From a virus, in IMG/VR virus record IMGVR_UViG_3300030329_003230, positions 1 to 64,000 of that record: a DNA stretch of 64,000 nt; one strand, given 5' to 3'. The notes under the pieces were generated by a model, which worked only from the letters and a program-made list of their open reading frames with translations, had not been told where the DNA came from and ran no database searches. Positions within the stretch are counted from its first letter, which is position 1, and each line of letters starts with the position of its first letter. The translations under genes and the position numbers were made by a program. Below are positions 17,848 to 26,838 of the stretch, one piece after another.

Positions 17848-18393
17848 GTGAATATATTTGTTTTAGATGATAATCCGTTTTTAGCAGCAGAGATGATGAT
17901 GGACAAACATGTTGTTAAGATGCCCACAGAAAGCTTACAGATGGTTTCGACCATAATGGATATGAATGGTTTCAACTCCCCTTTCAAACCCGTTATGGCG
18001 AACCATCCTTGCACTATTTGGGCAAGAGAATCATCAATTAACTTTAATTGGCTAATAGACCACACTATCGGTTTATGTAGAGAATACAAACATAGATATC
18101 AAAAAACTCACAAAGTTGAAACTCTTTTATCCAATTTCAAATATGATATTGAAGAAGCCTCAGCATTATTGAGTAATAGAGGTCTTACAGAATTTGCTCA
18201 AGCAATGCCTGATGAATACAAGAATGAAGATGCAGTAATAGCATACAGAACATATTATCTAGAGGATAAATGGAGAATAGCAAGTTGGAAATTTGGTTCA
18301 CCCAATTGGTGGCCGAATGACCACATAAAGAAGAAATCAAAAGAATGGTACGATTACCTAAATCAAGAAAACAAAAGAATAAGAGGAATTTAA
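17848..18393 (+). CDS. Pyrimidine-dimer DNA glycosylase (DenV/endonuclease V-like)
   Basis: MNIFVLD...DKHVVKM..ES.QM, NHPCTIW, AYRTYY. Confidence 0.85.
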   Translation: MNIFVLDDNPFLAAEMMMDKHVVKMPTESLQMVSTIMDMNGFNSPFKPVMANHPCTIWARESSINFNWLIDHTIGLCREYKHRYQKTHKVETLLSNFKYDIEEASALLSNRGLTEFAQAMPDEYKNEDAVIAYRTYYLEDKWRIASWKFGSPNWWPNDHIKKKSKEWYDYLNQENKRIRGI

Positions 18394-18394
18394 A

Positions 18395-18634
18395 ATGAAT
18401 GACAAATACTTTACAAGAATAGAAACAGAATTAAATGATGTAATCAAGAATTTAGCAAATAATATGCTTGATGCAATTAAAGATGATGAGTGGGAAGCAG
18501 TCCTACTATCAGCAGGAGCAATCATGGATTGTGTAAAAACAATCTATCCAACAGCGTCCGGTAATTTACACCGAGTAATGAGTGGTAAATATAACGGACA
18601 TAACAGTGAGCCAAATGAAGCTTTATTTGGTTAA
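18395..18634 (+). CDS. Hypothetical protein
   Basis: ORF with GAGG RBS. Confidence 0.6.
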   Translation: MNDKYFTRIETELNDVIKNLANNMLDAIKDDEWEAVLLSAGAIMDCVKTIYPTASGNLHRVMSGKYNGHNSEPNEALFG

Positions 18635-18641
18635 ATAAAAC

Positions 18642-18726
18642 GTGGATGTAGCCGAGTGGTCAAAGGCGAGAGGCTTAAGACCTCTTACATAATGTTTCGT
18701 AGGTTCAAATCCTACCATCCACACCA
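18642..18726 (+). tRNA. tRNA-Leu (anticodon TAA) with encoded CCA
   Basis: Acceptor GTGGATG/CATCCAC, anticodon arm AGAGG-CTTAAGA-CCTCT, variable arm, GGTTCAAATCC T-arm, 3' ACCA. Confidence 0.95.
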
Positions 18727-18727
18727 A

Positions 18728-18892
18728 GGGTCTATGGCGCAGTCAGGTAGCGCAGCGGGCTTTTAATGACGGTTTGTTTAATAAAAAGAAAAAATCAACT
18801 CTCTTACCCCAAACAAAGGAAAATGCCAATCATCCTTTTTCTTTACGTCAGAAGATACCCGTTGGTCGGGGGTTCGAATCCCTCTAGACCCG
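18728..18892 (+). tRNA. tRNA-Lys (anticodon TTT) with a 91-nt intron at 37/38 (18766-18856)
   Basis: Acceptor GGGTCTA/TAGACCC; GGTTCGAATCC T-arm; bulge-helix-bulge with CTTT/GAAG helix, TAA and ATA bulges and TGACG/CGTCA intron stem. Confidence 0.93.
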
Positions 18893-18927
18893 CCTTATTT
18901 TCAAAAGAATACAAAGAAGTGATATAA

Positions 18928-19176
18928 ATGGAAAAACAAATAGAATTTAGATTGATAGATAATGCAGCAATGCCACCAATTGTAATTACAGTTGGTGAGA
19001 ACAACGAACCTAAAGTAATCTTGAACTCCCATTACAAGATTTGGATGGGATGGAAAAGAAAGATGATTGGGGGAGTTGCTAAAAGTCTATATGATAAGAT
19101 AGACGAACTATTAGATGCATACTTAGCAGACCAACACGCCTTTATGCAGATGGAAGAAGAAGAATTCGGAGAATGA
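18928..19176 (+). CDS. Hypothetical protein
   Basis: ORF coupled to the next gene. Confidence 0.65.
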   Translation: MEKQIEFRLIDNAAMPPIVITVGENNEPKVILNSHYKIWMGWKRKMIGGVAKSLYDKIDELLDAYLADQHAFMQMEEEEFGE

Positions 19177-19412
19177 ACATGAGAATTTTTAGATACTTAA
19201 AAGAACATAATTTGGAATTAGAGAGGACAGAAAGCAAACATCACGTTTTCACATGTACTCATTGTTGGGAAAATGAAAGAGTAATTTATGATGTAAAGGG
19301 TAAGTTTGCCTGTCAAGACTGTATTCATAGTGATTCATTTTATGAAAAGATGCAGAAATTAGTACAGAAAATAAAAAGAAGAAAATTACCATTAATGGAA
19401 ATTAGGGAGTGA
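19173..19412 (+). CDS. Small Zn-finger protein
   Basis: CTHC...CQDC. Confidence 0.6.
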   Translation: MNMRIFRYLKEHNLELERTESKHHVFTCTHCWENERVIYDVKGKFACQDCIHSDSFYEKMQKLVQKIKRRKLPLMEIRE

Positions 19413-20680
19413 ATAGAATGAATAGAGCAAGACACGTAAGGATGAATGATAGAGAATTTATAGCCACAGGAGATATTATTTCAGATGCTGTTGGAGGTAA
19501 ATGGCACAATCCAAGTGGAGCATATAACGTTGCACTGAAGGACAATTTAACTGAATTATCAGTATCCGATGATTGGGCAGAAGCAAGAAAAGAATGGAAA
19601 GCAACAGGTAACGTTTGGTATATACCTTTGAATCATACAATAAACGATGTATTACCAGAACCACATAATAATGCTCATCCACACGAATGTATTTGTGGAC
19701 ATAAAATCGCTTGGCATTTTGAGATAGAGAATACCGAAAATGGTAGATTAGAAATTGTTGGTAGCGAACACATTGGTTTTTGGATGATTGTTCGTCACTT
19801 GATTGAAAATCTAAATATTCCAGAAGATATGGTAACTCAAGAAAGAGTGAAAGAATGGATTACTGAAGCCGTTAAATCAATGAAAGCTGAATGGTGGTGG
19901 AAGACTCATGGAGAACAATTTGAAGAGTGGTTTAATGCAGTTAAAGAACTTGATTTGATTATCAATACCAGAAAAGGTAAGACATATTGGGATACCGATA
20001 CTGGAAGAAATGAGCATCAAATTCTTCTGAGAAAGAAGTCTGAAGGAACATTAGGGACTCCTGATTACCAAATGGCATCTATCGTTTGGAGATGGAATCA
20101 TCCTGATAATGATAAAACTGCTCAGATAAACACCAGAGGTTATCCTAATGACCGATTATGGAATGACCTAATGATATTCTACTTTAATCTAGAAAAGCAT
20201 CAAAATACATTTGATGAAATGAATAGAGAAAGAGAAGAAAGAGTAGCACACATTGTTGAGGAAAGAAGACAAGCAGCAGAGCGAAGAAGACTTGAACAAG
20301 AACGTTGGGAAGAACAAAGAAGAGTCAGAAGAGAAGAAGCAAATGCTAGAGAAGAAGAACAACAGAGACTCAAAGACGCTGCTCTGGAAACCTTCTGTCA
20401 AGACAATGAGATTAATGAATTTTCAGCAGATAACGGAAGAAATGATTGGGAGAAGTCGTTTTTAAGAGAAATGATTTACAGAATCAATAATCTTCAATAT
20501 TTATCTGAGAAACAGAGAAGGAGAGTCATTAAAATCATTAACCGTGAGGACGAGAAGGCAACGGAGAAGCAGTTAGCATATATTAGGAAACTTGGCGGAA
20601 CCCCAAATCAATATTTAACCAAAGGAAAGGCTAGTAAGCTTATAGAAGAGTTATTAGAAGGAGATAAAAATGAAGTGTGA
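19409..20680 (+). CDS. Hypothetical protein with Zn-ribbon-like motif, coiled coil and C-terminal ATEKQ module
   Basis: CICGH...VGSEH; ATEKQLAYIRKLG...TKGKASKLIEEL. Confidence 0.8.
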   Translation: MNRMNRARHVRMNDREFIATGDIISDAVGGKWHNPSGAYNVALKDNLTELSVSDDWAEARKEWKATGNVWYIPLNHTINDVLPEPHNNAHPHECICGHKIAWHFEIENTENGRLEIVGSEHIGFWMIVRHLIENLNIPEDMVTQERVKEWITEAVKSMKAEWWWKTHGEQFEEWFNAVKELDLIINTRKGKTYWDTDTGRNEHQILLRKKSEGTLGTPDYQMASIVWRWNHPDNDKTAQINTRGYPNDRLWNDLMIFYFNLEKHQNTFDEMNREREERVAHIVEERRQAAERRRLEQERWEEQRRVRREEANAREEEQQRLKDAALETFCQDNEINEFSADNGRNDWEKSFLREMIYRINNLQYLSEKQRRRVIKIINREDEKATEKQLAYIRKLGGTPNQYLTKGKASKLIEELLEGDKNEV

Positions 20681-20809
20681 TATTTGTGATAAGAACTACG
20701 TTGGTCTTTTTAGAATGTGGTGTGCTGAACACCGAGTATGTTTTTCTTGTATAAATTTCCTTATTAAAAGAGAAATAAAAGAAAAAGAAGAATGGAGTAA
20801 AGTGATATA

Positions 20810-21100
20810 ATGAGTGATAAAACAAAAAATGAACTGAAGAAAGATTTGAAGAAATTAACAGAAAAAAATGAATTTCTCTTAAAAGAGAATGAAATGATAC
20901 ATCAATCTTTTAAAGATATGACCCAAACAAGTGACAATTATCGCACAGCAATTGTTCAATTACAGAACAAGTTACAAGAGGTAGCGAATATTGTCAGTCA
21001 TTACGAGAAAACCATCTTAGTGATGAGCGGGCGAATCCAAGAGAAAGACACTTTGATAAGTGAACAAAGAATGAAAATAGAAGGAGGAAAAATAGAATGA
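20810..21100 (+). CDS. Coiled-coil protein
   Basis: Heptad pattern; coupled to the Ubl gene. Confidence 0.65.
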   Translation: MSDKTKNELKKDLKKLTEKNEFLLKENEMIHQSFKDMTQTSDNYRTAIVQLQNKLQEVANIVSHYEKTILVMSGRIQEKDTLISEQRMKIEGGKIE

Positions 21101-21300
21101 AACTGAGAATTTTGAACGAAACAGGACACACTGAAATGTCAGTAGCAGTAGAGGAAATTATGGACCACATTAACGAACACGCAACACATTGGGTTTTCGT
21201 GGATGGTGAAATGATTAACCGAACAGACATCTCAGAAGTTAACTGGGATGACGTATCAGATGTAGACTTAGTTCCCGCTATTGTTGGCGGAAACTGCTAA
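21097..21300 (+). CDS. Ubiquitin-like beta-grasp protein (ThiS/MoaD/SAMP-like) ending GG-NC
   Basis: 67 aa; WVFVDGEMI...DVDLVPAIVGG matches the VxVNG...DxVxIVPxVxGG pattern; GGAGG RBS. Confidence 0.85.
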   Translation: MKLRILNETGHTEMSVAVEEIMDHINEHATHWVFVDGEMINRTDISEVNWDDVSDVDLVPAIVGGNC

Positions 21301-21313
21301 ATCTAATACGTTA

Positions 21314-21364
21314 GTGGTTTGCCAGTAATAAGGGATTTATTGGTAATTTTATTCCCTTATCCAC
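21314..21364 (+). ncRNA. Bulged-hairpin 3'-UTR element, copy 1
   Basis: GTGG/CCAC stem, one-sided bulge TTTGCCAGTA, ATAAGGGA/TCCCTTAT stem. Confidence 0.55.
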
Positions 21365-21496
21365 ACCCAATAGGTTTTCAACATTGAAAATAAATGTTGT
21401 AAATCTAAACCCTTTTTTCACTCTCTAAAAAAAGAGGGGTATCCTTCATATAGAGCAAAAAAGGTAGAGCAGTTTACCTGTTAGGAGTGATTTGAG

Positions 21497-21916
21497 ATGT
21501 ACAAGATGATAGAATTTATTGGAAAAAAATCAAGAAAACATGAGAGAATAGTTAGGTATTTGTCAGAAAATGGAGAACAATCTACTCATGATATAGTTAA
21601 ACTGTTTGAAACAGGAAAACTATGTGCTACTACTAATGAAATAGCCAATCTCCTCAAAAAGAGCGGACTATTCACAATAAGTGGACAGACTAACGTATCT
21701 AAATTTACTTCCCTTAGGAATTCATATTCAATATGTAAATGGGATTTAAATTATGAAGGACTAGTAAGAAAATATGAAGTTAAAGAGTTTGGTAACAGTA
21801 ACAAAGGTAAGTATATTTTCAATACTACCAATAAAGAATTATATCATCTTCCTACATTAAAAAGAGAAGGGCTATGGGAAAGCATAGAAAAAGAATTGGA
21901 AAAGGAAAAAAGATGA
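21497..21916 (+). CDS. Winged-helix DNA-binding protein (putative)
   Basis: IVRYLSENGEQSTHDIV...TTNEIANLLKK...WDL. Confidence 0.6.
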   Translation: MYKMIEFIGKKSRKHERIVRYLSENGEQSTHDIVKLFETGKLCATTNEIANLLKKSGLFTISGQTNVSKFTSLRNSYSICKWDLNYEGLVRKYEVKEFGNSNKGKYIFNTTNKELYHLPTLKREGLWESIEKELEKEKR

Positions 21917-22221
21917 TATTTGATAATATACAACAATTAAGAGACTGTATGATAGAAGTATTACCCGAAATAATACCTCCAAGGCAATTAGATTCGGTAA
22001 TATCATACATTGATAAAATTAAACAATTGGATTTACAATTAGAGACTAAAGAAGTGCTATGTAATTCAGAAATAAGGAAAGTGTTGATAAAGAACAAAAT
22101 TGTCCCATCATATGAAATAAAAGATTGGTTACATCAAAGGCGAGAAGAATATCTCGAATTAATGGAATATGTCAAGAGGGATAATGAATGGAAAACCAAA
22201 CACAATATCGATACAGAATAA
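21874..22221 (+). CDS. Hypothetical protein; start probably MIFDN
   Basis: ORF in coupled array. Confidence 0.6.
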   Translation: MGKHRKRIGKGKKMIFDNIQQLRDCMIEVLPEIIPPRQLDSVISYIDKIKQLDLQLETKEVLCNSEIRKVLIKNKIVPSYEIKDWLHQRREEYLELMEYVKRDNEWKTKHNIDTE

Positions 22222-22353
22222 GTATCTGTAAAGCGAATGGAAGTGTTTGGATGGAGGAGTTTGATACTCAAAATCTCCTTATTCAGCAAATAGATGAATT
22301 ATTAGAAAAACACCCGCATCTTCTTATCTCTAAACAAAGAGTGAGTGATAAAA

Positions 22354-22506
22354 ATGAGAGACAAGAATCCCGAATATGTTAAAGGGCGAAGAGGAAATAT
22401 AGCAACTAAATGCAGAATTTGTGGTGGGGCTTTAACCCATCCAGACGATATGAAACAGGAGATACATTCTCCCTGTCTCAGAAGATATAAGAGTAAATTG
22501 AGGTGA
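22354..22506 (+). CDS. 50-aa Zn-finger protein, not in track
   Basis: CRICGGALT...HSPC read by hand. Confidence 0.6.
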   Translation: MRDKNPEYVKGRRGNIATKCRICGGALTHPDDMKQEIHSPCLRRYKSKLR

Positions 22507-22510
22507 TAAC

Positions 22511-23770
22511 GTGCCAGAATTAAAAATTAAAAGAGCCGATGATTCAGGGGAATATGATTCCACACTAGTTTTATTTGGTGGAGAAACGAGTTATAGAACA
22601 GAAACTATTTCTCCAACCATGTATAGAAAGGCTAACAATCCTATGATTGAGGCCATAAAAGTGTGGTTAGCGGGTAAACTAAAGATAACCAGAAAACACA
22701 TCTATGGTGAATCTTGGAGGAGAAATAGAAGACATAGAGGATTCTATACTCCCAACAACCAAATTGTTAGTAAAGAACCTGAAGAAAATAAACCAGAAGT
22801 AAACGAGTTTTCCCACACAATATCAATTGGAGATGAAGGCTACGTTGTTCTTTTTAACAAAGTAGGAACACGTTATTTCTTAAACGGAATAATGGGTAAC
22901 AAGTCAGTATTGATTGCTGCATTAGCAAGGACAATTTACAAGTCTTGTTTCTCTGATGATTCTCTTGAATTAGATAAGTTCCTAATTAAACATATTCAGC
23001 TCCCTGAAAATGTTCATTATGCTCTTGAGAATAGAGCACCTTACTATTTTTATTTGGAAGCAGAAGATGGGTTCCATTCTAAAAGGATTGAATGTCGATT
23101 AAAAGTCAACTTGATTAGCGACACTAAAGTAGCAGTCGAGATTTCAGATGGCATTTGGGGAGAATTAACTATTAGACAAATGAATGTCTATATGAATACT
23201 TATCTTAACAAAAAGAAGCAAGGCAATTGGAGTAACCTAAGCCCTGCTGCTTTATGGGAAAAGGTAATGAAAAGACTACCAACCGAATCTGAAGAACAAT
23301 TGATGGTAGCTTTCCTTCACCAGAATAGAACTTCAAAGGTAGTTAGAGAAAGAGCAAGAGATTTGATGATTCATATTCAATCTCGATATCCAGACAGAAT
23401 CAAGATTAATTGGGGAAGTCCTGACAAGTTACTAGATGTTTCAGAAAAGCCGACTATTATGTACATTAATGGTAAAGTTGCTGATTGGAAATTAACAGAC
23501 CGAGGATTAAAATCCCAAGGACAACAAAATGTTTCAACATACGTTTGGGTGGAGAAAGAAGGGATAGAAAAGGGAACTTGGAGTGGTCCTATTTGTGTGG
23601 ATAACCTCGATAATAAATCCCCAACAGGCGACCAGTTCGTAACAAGAGCGCTGGGATTACTGAATGATGACTTGTTAATTCAAAGAGTATCAACCATCAA
23701 AGGAAGATTAAATAGCGGCCATAAAGTGGGACAAACTGACCAAAGAATTTCGCTGTTCCAAAAGGAATAG
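22511..23770 (+). CDS. Hypothetical protein (419 aa) with C-terminal GPICVDNL motif; E2-like candidate
   Basis: GAGGTGA RBS; long ORF; function is inference only. Confidence 0.75.
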   Translation: MPELKIKRADDSGEYDSTLVLFGGETSYRTETISPTMYRKANNPMIEAIKVWLAGKLKITRKHIYGESWRRNRRHRGFYTPNNQIVSKEPEENKPEVNEFSHTISIGDEGYVVLFNKVGTRYFLNGIMGNKSVLIAALARTIYKSCFSDDSLELDKFLIKHIQLPENVHYALENRAPYYFYLEAEDGFHSKRIECRLKVNLISDTKVAVEISDGIWGELTIRQMNVYMNTYLNKKKQGNWSNLSPAALWEKVMKRLPTESEEQLMVAFLHQNRTSKVVRERARDLMIHIQSRYPDRIKINWGSPDKLLDVSEKPTIMYINGKVADWKLTDRGLKSQGQQNVSTYVWVEKEGIEKGTWSGPICVDNLDNKSPTGDQFVTRALGLLNDDLLIQRVSTIKGRLNSGHKVGQTDQRISLFQKE

Positions 23771-23795
23771 AGAAAAGAAACGGTCATCCTTCGGG

Positions 23796-24659
23796 GTGGC
23801 AAAAATGAAATGCGACGAATGTAAAGGCGATATTGTAGAGATAAATGGAGAATGGTCTTGTAATATCTGTGGGTTAATCACAGGTAGTATAATGGATTCC
23901 TCCCTTTTCAAAAACCAAGAATTAGTTAAACATCGAGATGGGAACTCTACTAGATTAGGGAGTCACATTGGTAAAGAAAAGATAAAGGGAGCAGCCAGAC
24001 TCAGGAGATTGGCAGTTATGCATAGTTTATCTAAAGAGCAGAGATTAATGAAAAAAGCTGAGTTTTACATGAATATGGTTCTCAGTGAATTTCAATTGTC
24101 AGATTGTGCTAAAAAGGACATAATGATTTATGATTCCACTTTAAGAAGAAAAGGTGTGTTTACTTCTAAAATGACATTAGAAGAAAGAGCAGGTGCTTTA
24201 GGGTATATAATTTTGAAAGAATATGGAAGAGAATATACTCTACAAGAAGTATCTCAAATATTAGAACTATCACCTAAAAGGTTGAGTAAATTAGCTAAAT
24301 TGTATGCAAGGCATTTGAATAAATCATACGTGTTTTCTAACATTAACGTGCCTTCATTGTTGGAGAAATTTTGTCTGAAATTAAATAAAGATAGAGCTTT
24401 CATTAATGATTGCGTAAGTCTGTATTATTACTTAGATAAGATAGAACCTAAACAGCCTAATTCAGCACATCTATCTGGCATTGTTTATTTTGTAGAGACA
24501 ACTAATACTAAACTAACTATGAGTCAGAGTGAAATAGCAAAGGAATTCAAAATTGGTTTGACTTCATTAAAAAATAATTACAAAAGAATATTGTCAATAT
24601 TGAAGATTGATAACGCATTTAATTTAACAGTGAGTGATATAATAGAGGGAATAAGATGA
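23796..24659 (+). CDS. tfb: Transcription initiation factor TFB (TFIIB-like)
   Basis: N-terminal Zn ribbon CDEC...CNICG, RLGSHI linker, two cyclin-fold repeats ending MSQSEIAKEF. Confidence 0.85.
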   Translation: MAKMKCDECKGDIVEINGEWSCNICGLITGSIMDSSLFKNQELVKHRDGNSTRLGSHIGKEKIKGAARLRRLAVMHSLSKEQRLMKKAEFYMNMVLSEFQLSDCAKKDIMIYDSTLRRKGVFTSKMTLEERAGALGYIILKEYGREYTLQEVSQILELSPKRLSKLAKLYARHLNKSYVFSNINVPSLLEKFCLKLNKDRAFINDCVSLYYYLDKIEPKQPNSAHLSGIVYFVETTNTKLTMSQSEIAKEFKIGLTSLKNNYKRILSILKIDNAFNLTVSDIIEGIR

Positions 24660-24904
24660 GAGCAAAAACAGTGATACATGTAGAATATGAGATATTAAAA
24701 AATATATTACAATCGAAAGAAATAGGAATGGTAATTGAAAGAGTGAAAGCCAATATGGTTCCTCCTAATGACCCAGCCGCTGAGAAAAGATTCAATGCAG
24801 GAGTGACTTCTTCAGCCCAATTGATTCGCAATATAGTAGATAGAAGAACACACAGAATTCCTCAAAACCATCCCGACTTTAAGGTGAAGTCTAATGATGA
24901 CTGA
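24656..24904 (+). CDS. Hypothetical protein
   Basis: Coupled ORF. Confidence 0.6.
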   Translation: MRAKTVIHVEYEILKNILQSKEIGMVIERVKANMVPPNDPAAEKRFNAGVTSSAQLIRNIVDRRTHRIPQNHPDFKVKSNDD

Positions 24905-25250
24905 TGAATTGAAAGAAGAAATAAATTCCTTGATAGAACAATTAGATGAAGAGAAACCCCCTTCATCAATTAAAGAAGCAGATAAGGCGATTAAAACTAA
25001 TCTGCTTGTTTATCTAAGAGGATATGTTGCTGATGATTTTTGGTATAACGGCTGGAAAGATGGGCCTAAGAATAAATTTGATTCTGCAAGAGTAAAACTC
25101 ATGGAAAGATTAGTGAGTGAAATAAAAGAAACACCATTTATACCTTTAATGGTGGAAGAAAGTGAATCTAATTCTGCATTTGAATTTGATGTAAAGGAAA
25201 TAAGAGAAGACGTATTAACGTTACAAGATTATTTGGAGATGAATGAATGA
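24894..25250 (+). CDS. Acidic hypothetical protein
   Basis: Coupled ORF upstream of E1. Confidence 0.6.
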   Translation: MMTDELKEEINSLIEQLDEEKPPSSIKEADKAIKTNLLVYLRGYVADDFWYNGWKDGPKNKFDSARVKLMERLVSEIKETPFIPLMVEESESNSAFEFDVKEIREDVLTLQDYLEMNE

Positions 25251-25810
25251 AAAGAAAGATATTGATTATAGGAACTGGAGGTATAGGAAGTTTTCTTATT
25301 CCTCTTTTAGATAAGACTGAGTTATACAATATTACAGCCCATGACCCTGATATTATAGAAAAGAAGAATATCTCTTATCAGAATTTTAATACTGGTGAAA
25401 TAGATAAGAAGAAAGTCATGGTTATGAAAAACAGATATAGTTCAATAAAGAAGGCAGAACCATTTCTTGTTCTTACAGAAAAACAGATTCAGGGATATGA
25501 TTTAGTCGTTTGTTGTGCAGATAATCTTGATGTTCGTAGACTCCTTTATAGGTCATCAACTCGATGGCTGGATTTGAGAGCACAAGGAAGGAATGGGGCA
25601 TTGATTAGTTATAAGACCCCTAAAGATATGTTTGATGTTGTCCTTGCAGGACCAGATGGTAGTTTCTCTTGTCAAGGAACAGATTGGGCGGGAGATAATT
25701 CTGGATTACATTTTACTCATGTAGCAATTGCAGGTATGGCAGCGGAATGGATTCAAAGGTGGTTTATCAGCGATAGTGATGTTTGTGATTATAAGGTTGT
25801 GAATATTTGA
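25247..25810 (+). CDS. E1-like ThiF/MoeB-family adenylyltransferase
   Basis: GTGGIGS Rossmann motif, DPDIIEKKNISYQ, CCADNLDVRR, WLDLR, candidate catalytic Cys in FSCQ. Confidence 0.9.
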   Translation: MKRKILIIGTGGIGSFLIPLLDKTELYNITAHDPDIIEKKNISYQNFNTGEIDKKKVMVMKNRYSSIKKAEPFLVLTEKQIQGYDLVVCCADNLDVRRLLYRSSTRWLDLRAQGRNGALISYKTPKDMFDVVLAGPDGSFSCQGTDWAGDNSGLHFTHVAIAGMAAEWIQRWFISDSDVCDYKVVNI

Positions 25811-26037
25811 AAGAGAAAAAGGAATTTCGACGAGAAGTTGGCGACGTTGTAGATGTCTTAGAAACAGATAATGGAACGTATTTTGATTGTGAAATAGTAT
25901 CTGTTACTTGCCCTGCCTGTGGAGAATCCTTTACTGGAATTATTAGAGAAGCAGGTGGTTTTATTGCTGGGCATCAAACATATCACGAATTCACAAATGC
26001 TCAAGACGTTATGATAAATGCTATGGGTGGTGCTTGA
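25807..26037 (+). CDS. Small Zn-finger protein between E1 and JAB
   Basis: CPACGESF...GHQTYH. Confidence 0.65.
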   Translation: MKEKKEFRREVGDVVDVLETDNGTYFDCEIVSVTCPACGESFTGIIREAGGFIAGHQTYHEFTNAQDVMINAMGGA

Positions 26038-26541
26038 ATGGAAGCTTGGATGAAAGATATACAGTCTAGTTTTAACGATGGAAATGGACTTAAGAGTATA
26101 TTCCATAATGAAAGAAATACATTTCTCCATGAAATCTGGAATCAAAGTATGAATGGATTTGATATCCCAAGGGAAATCCAAGTAGTTATAGATTCTAATA
26201 ATGAATTATTTATGAGTGTAGGAAGTCCTTCTTTTGTATCATTTAATGGACAAGATGAATCCCTTTATGGTAAGAATAATGAAAAGAAGATGAAACTACC
26301 AATCAAGTGTTGGATACATACTCACCCTTTTGGTAAAGCATATTTCAGCGGTACGGACATTTCAACAATCAATACTTGGAAACCACATATGATGTCAGCC
26401 ATAGTTTTAGGGGATAATGAACACCAAGTTTGGCAGAAGGTGAAACCGGATATTGCAAAACATGTTAGATATATTACTGAGACGATTATAGAATTAGGAA
26501 CTAAAAATAAGATAGATAAAATGGTAGAGGAATTGATATGA
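26038..26541 (+). CDS. JAB/MPN+ metallo-isopeptidase
   Basis: Upstream Glu (REIQ) and WIHTHPFGKAYFSGTD, matching HxH-x7-S-x2-D. Confidence 0.9.
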   Translation: MEAWMKDIQSSFNDGNGLKSIFHNERNTFLHEIWNQSMNGFDIPREIQVVIDSNNELFMSVGSPSFVSFNGQDESLYGKNNEKKMKLPIKCWIHTHPFGKAYFSGTDISTINTWKPHMMSAIVLGDNEHQVWQKVKPDIAKHVRYITETIIELGTKNKIDKMVEELI

Positions 26542-26765
26542 AATTAGAAGCATATGGTGAAACGATAGTTTGTAGAGAAGCAAAGACGAAAACAGGTCAT
26601 TTCGTAATGACTGAGAATAATAAAGCAGAAGTCATTTCAGTTGGTGATAAAGTTGAGAATTTGAATGTAGGAGAATTCATCTTCTATGAACCAAATAAGA
26701 AAGAAATTATTGGTGAATTTTTTGTTATTCATTTTCAAAGTGTGTTATGTAAGGTGATGGAATGA
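26538..26765 (+). CDS. groES: Co-chaperonin GroES-like
   Basis: KTKTG...AEVISVG...LNVGEFIFY; next to groEL. Confidence 0.75.
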   Translation: MKLEAYGETIVCREAKTKTGHFVMTENNKAEVISVGDKVENLNVGEFIFYEPNKKEIIGEFFVIHFQSVLCKVME

Positions 26766-26838
26766 GTGAAGAAGATTATGAAGTTAGTAAACAAAGACAA
26801 GAAGACAAAGCAGCGAGTTATAATAAGGGGGAATAAGA

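Noticed and set aside
21097-25810. Ubl and E1 as ThiS/ThiF or MoaD/MoeB cofactor biosynthesis genes
   Set aside because: No thiG, moaE or sulfur-transfer partners in the window and E1 lacks CxxC pairs; disfavoured, not excluded
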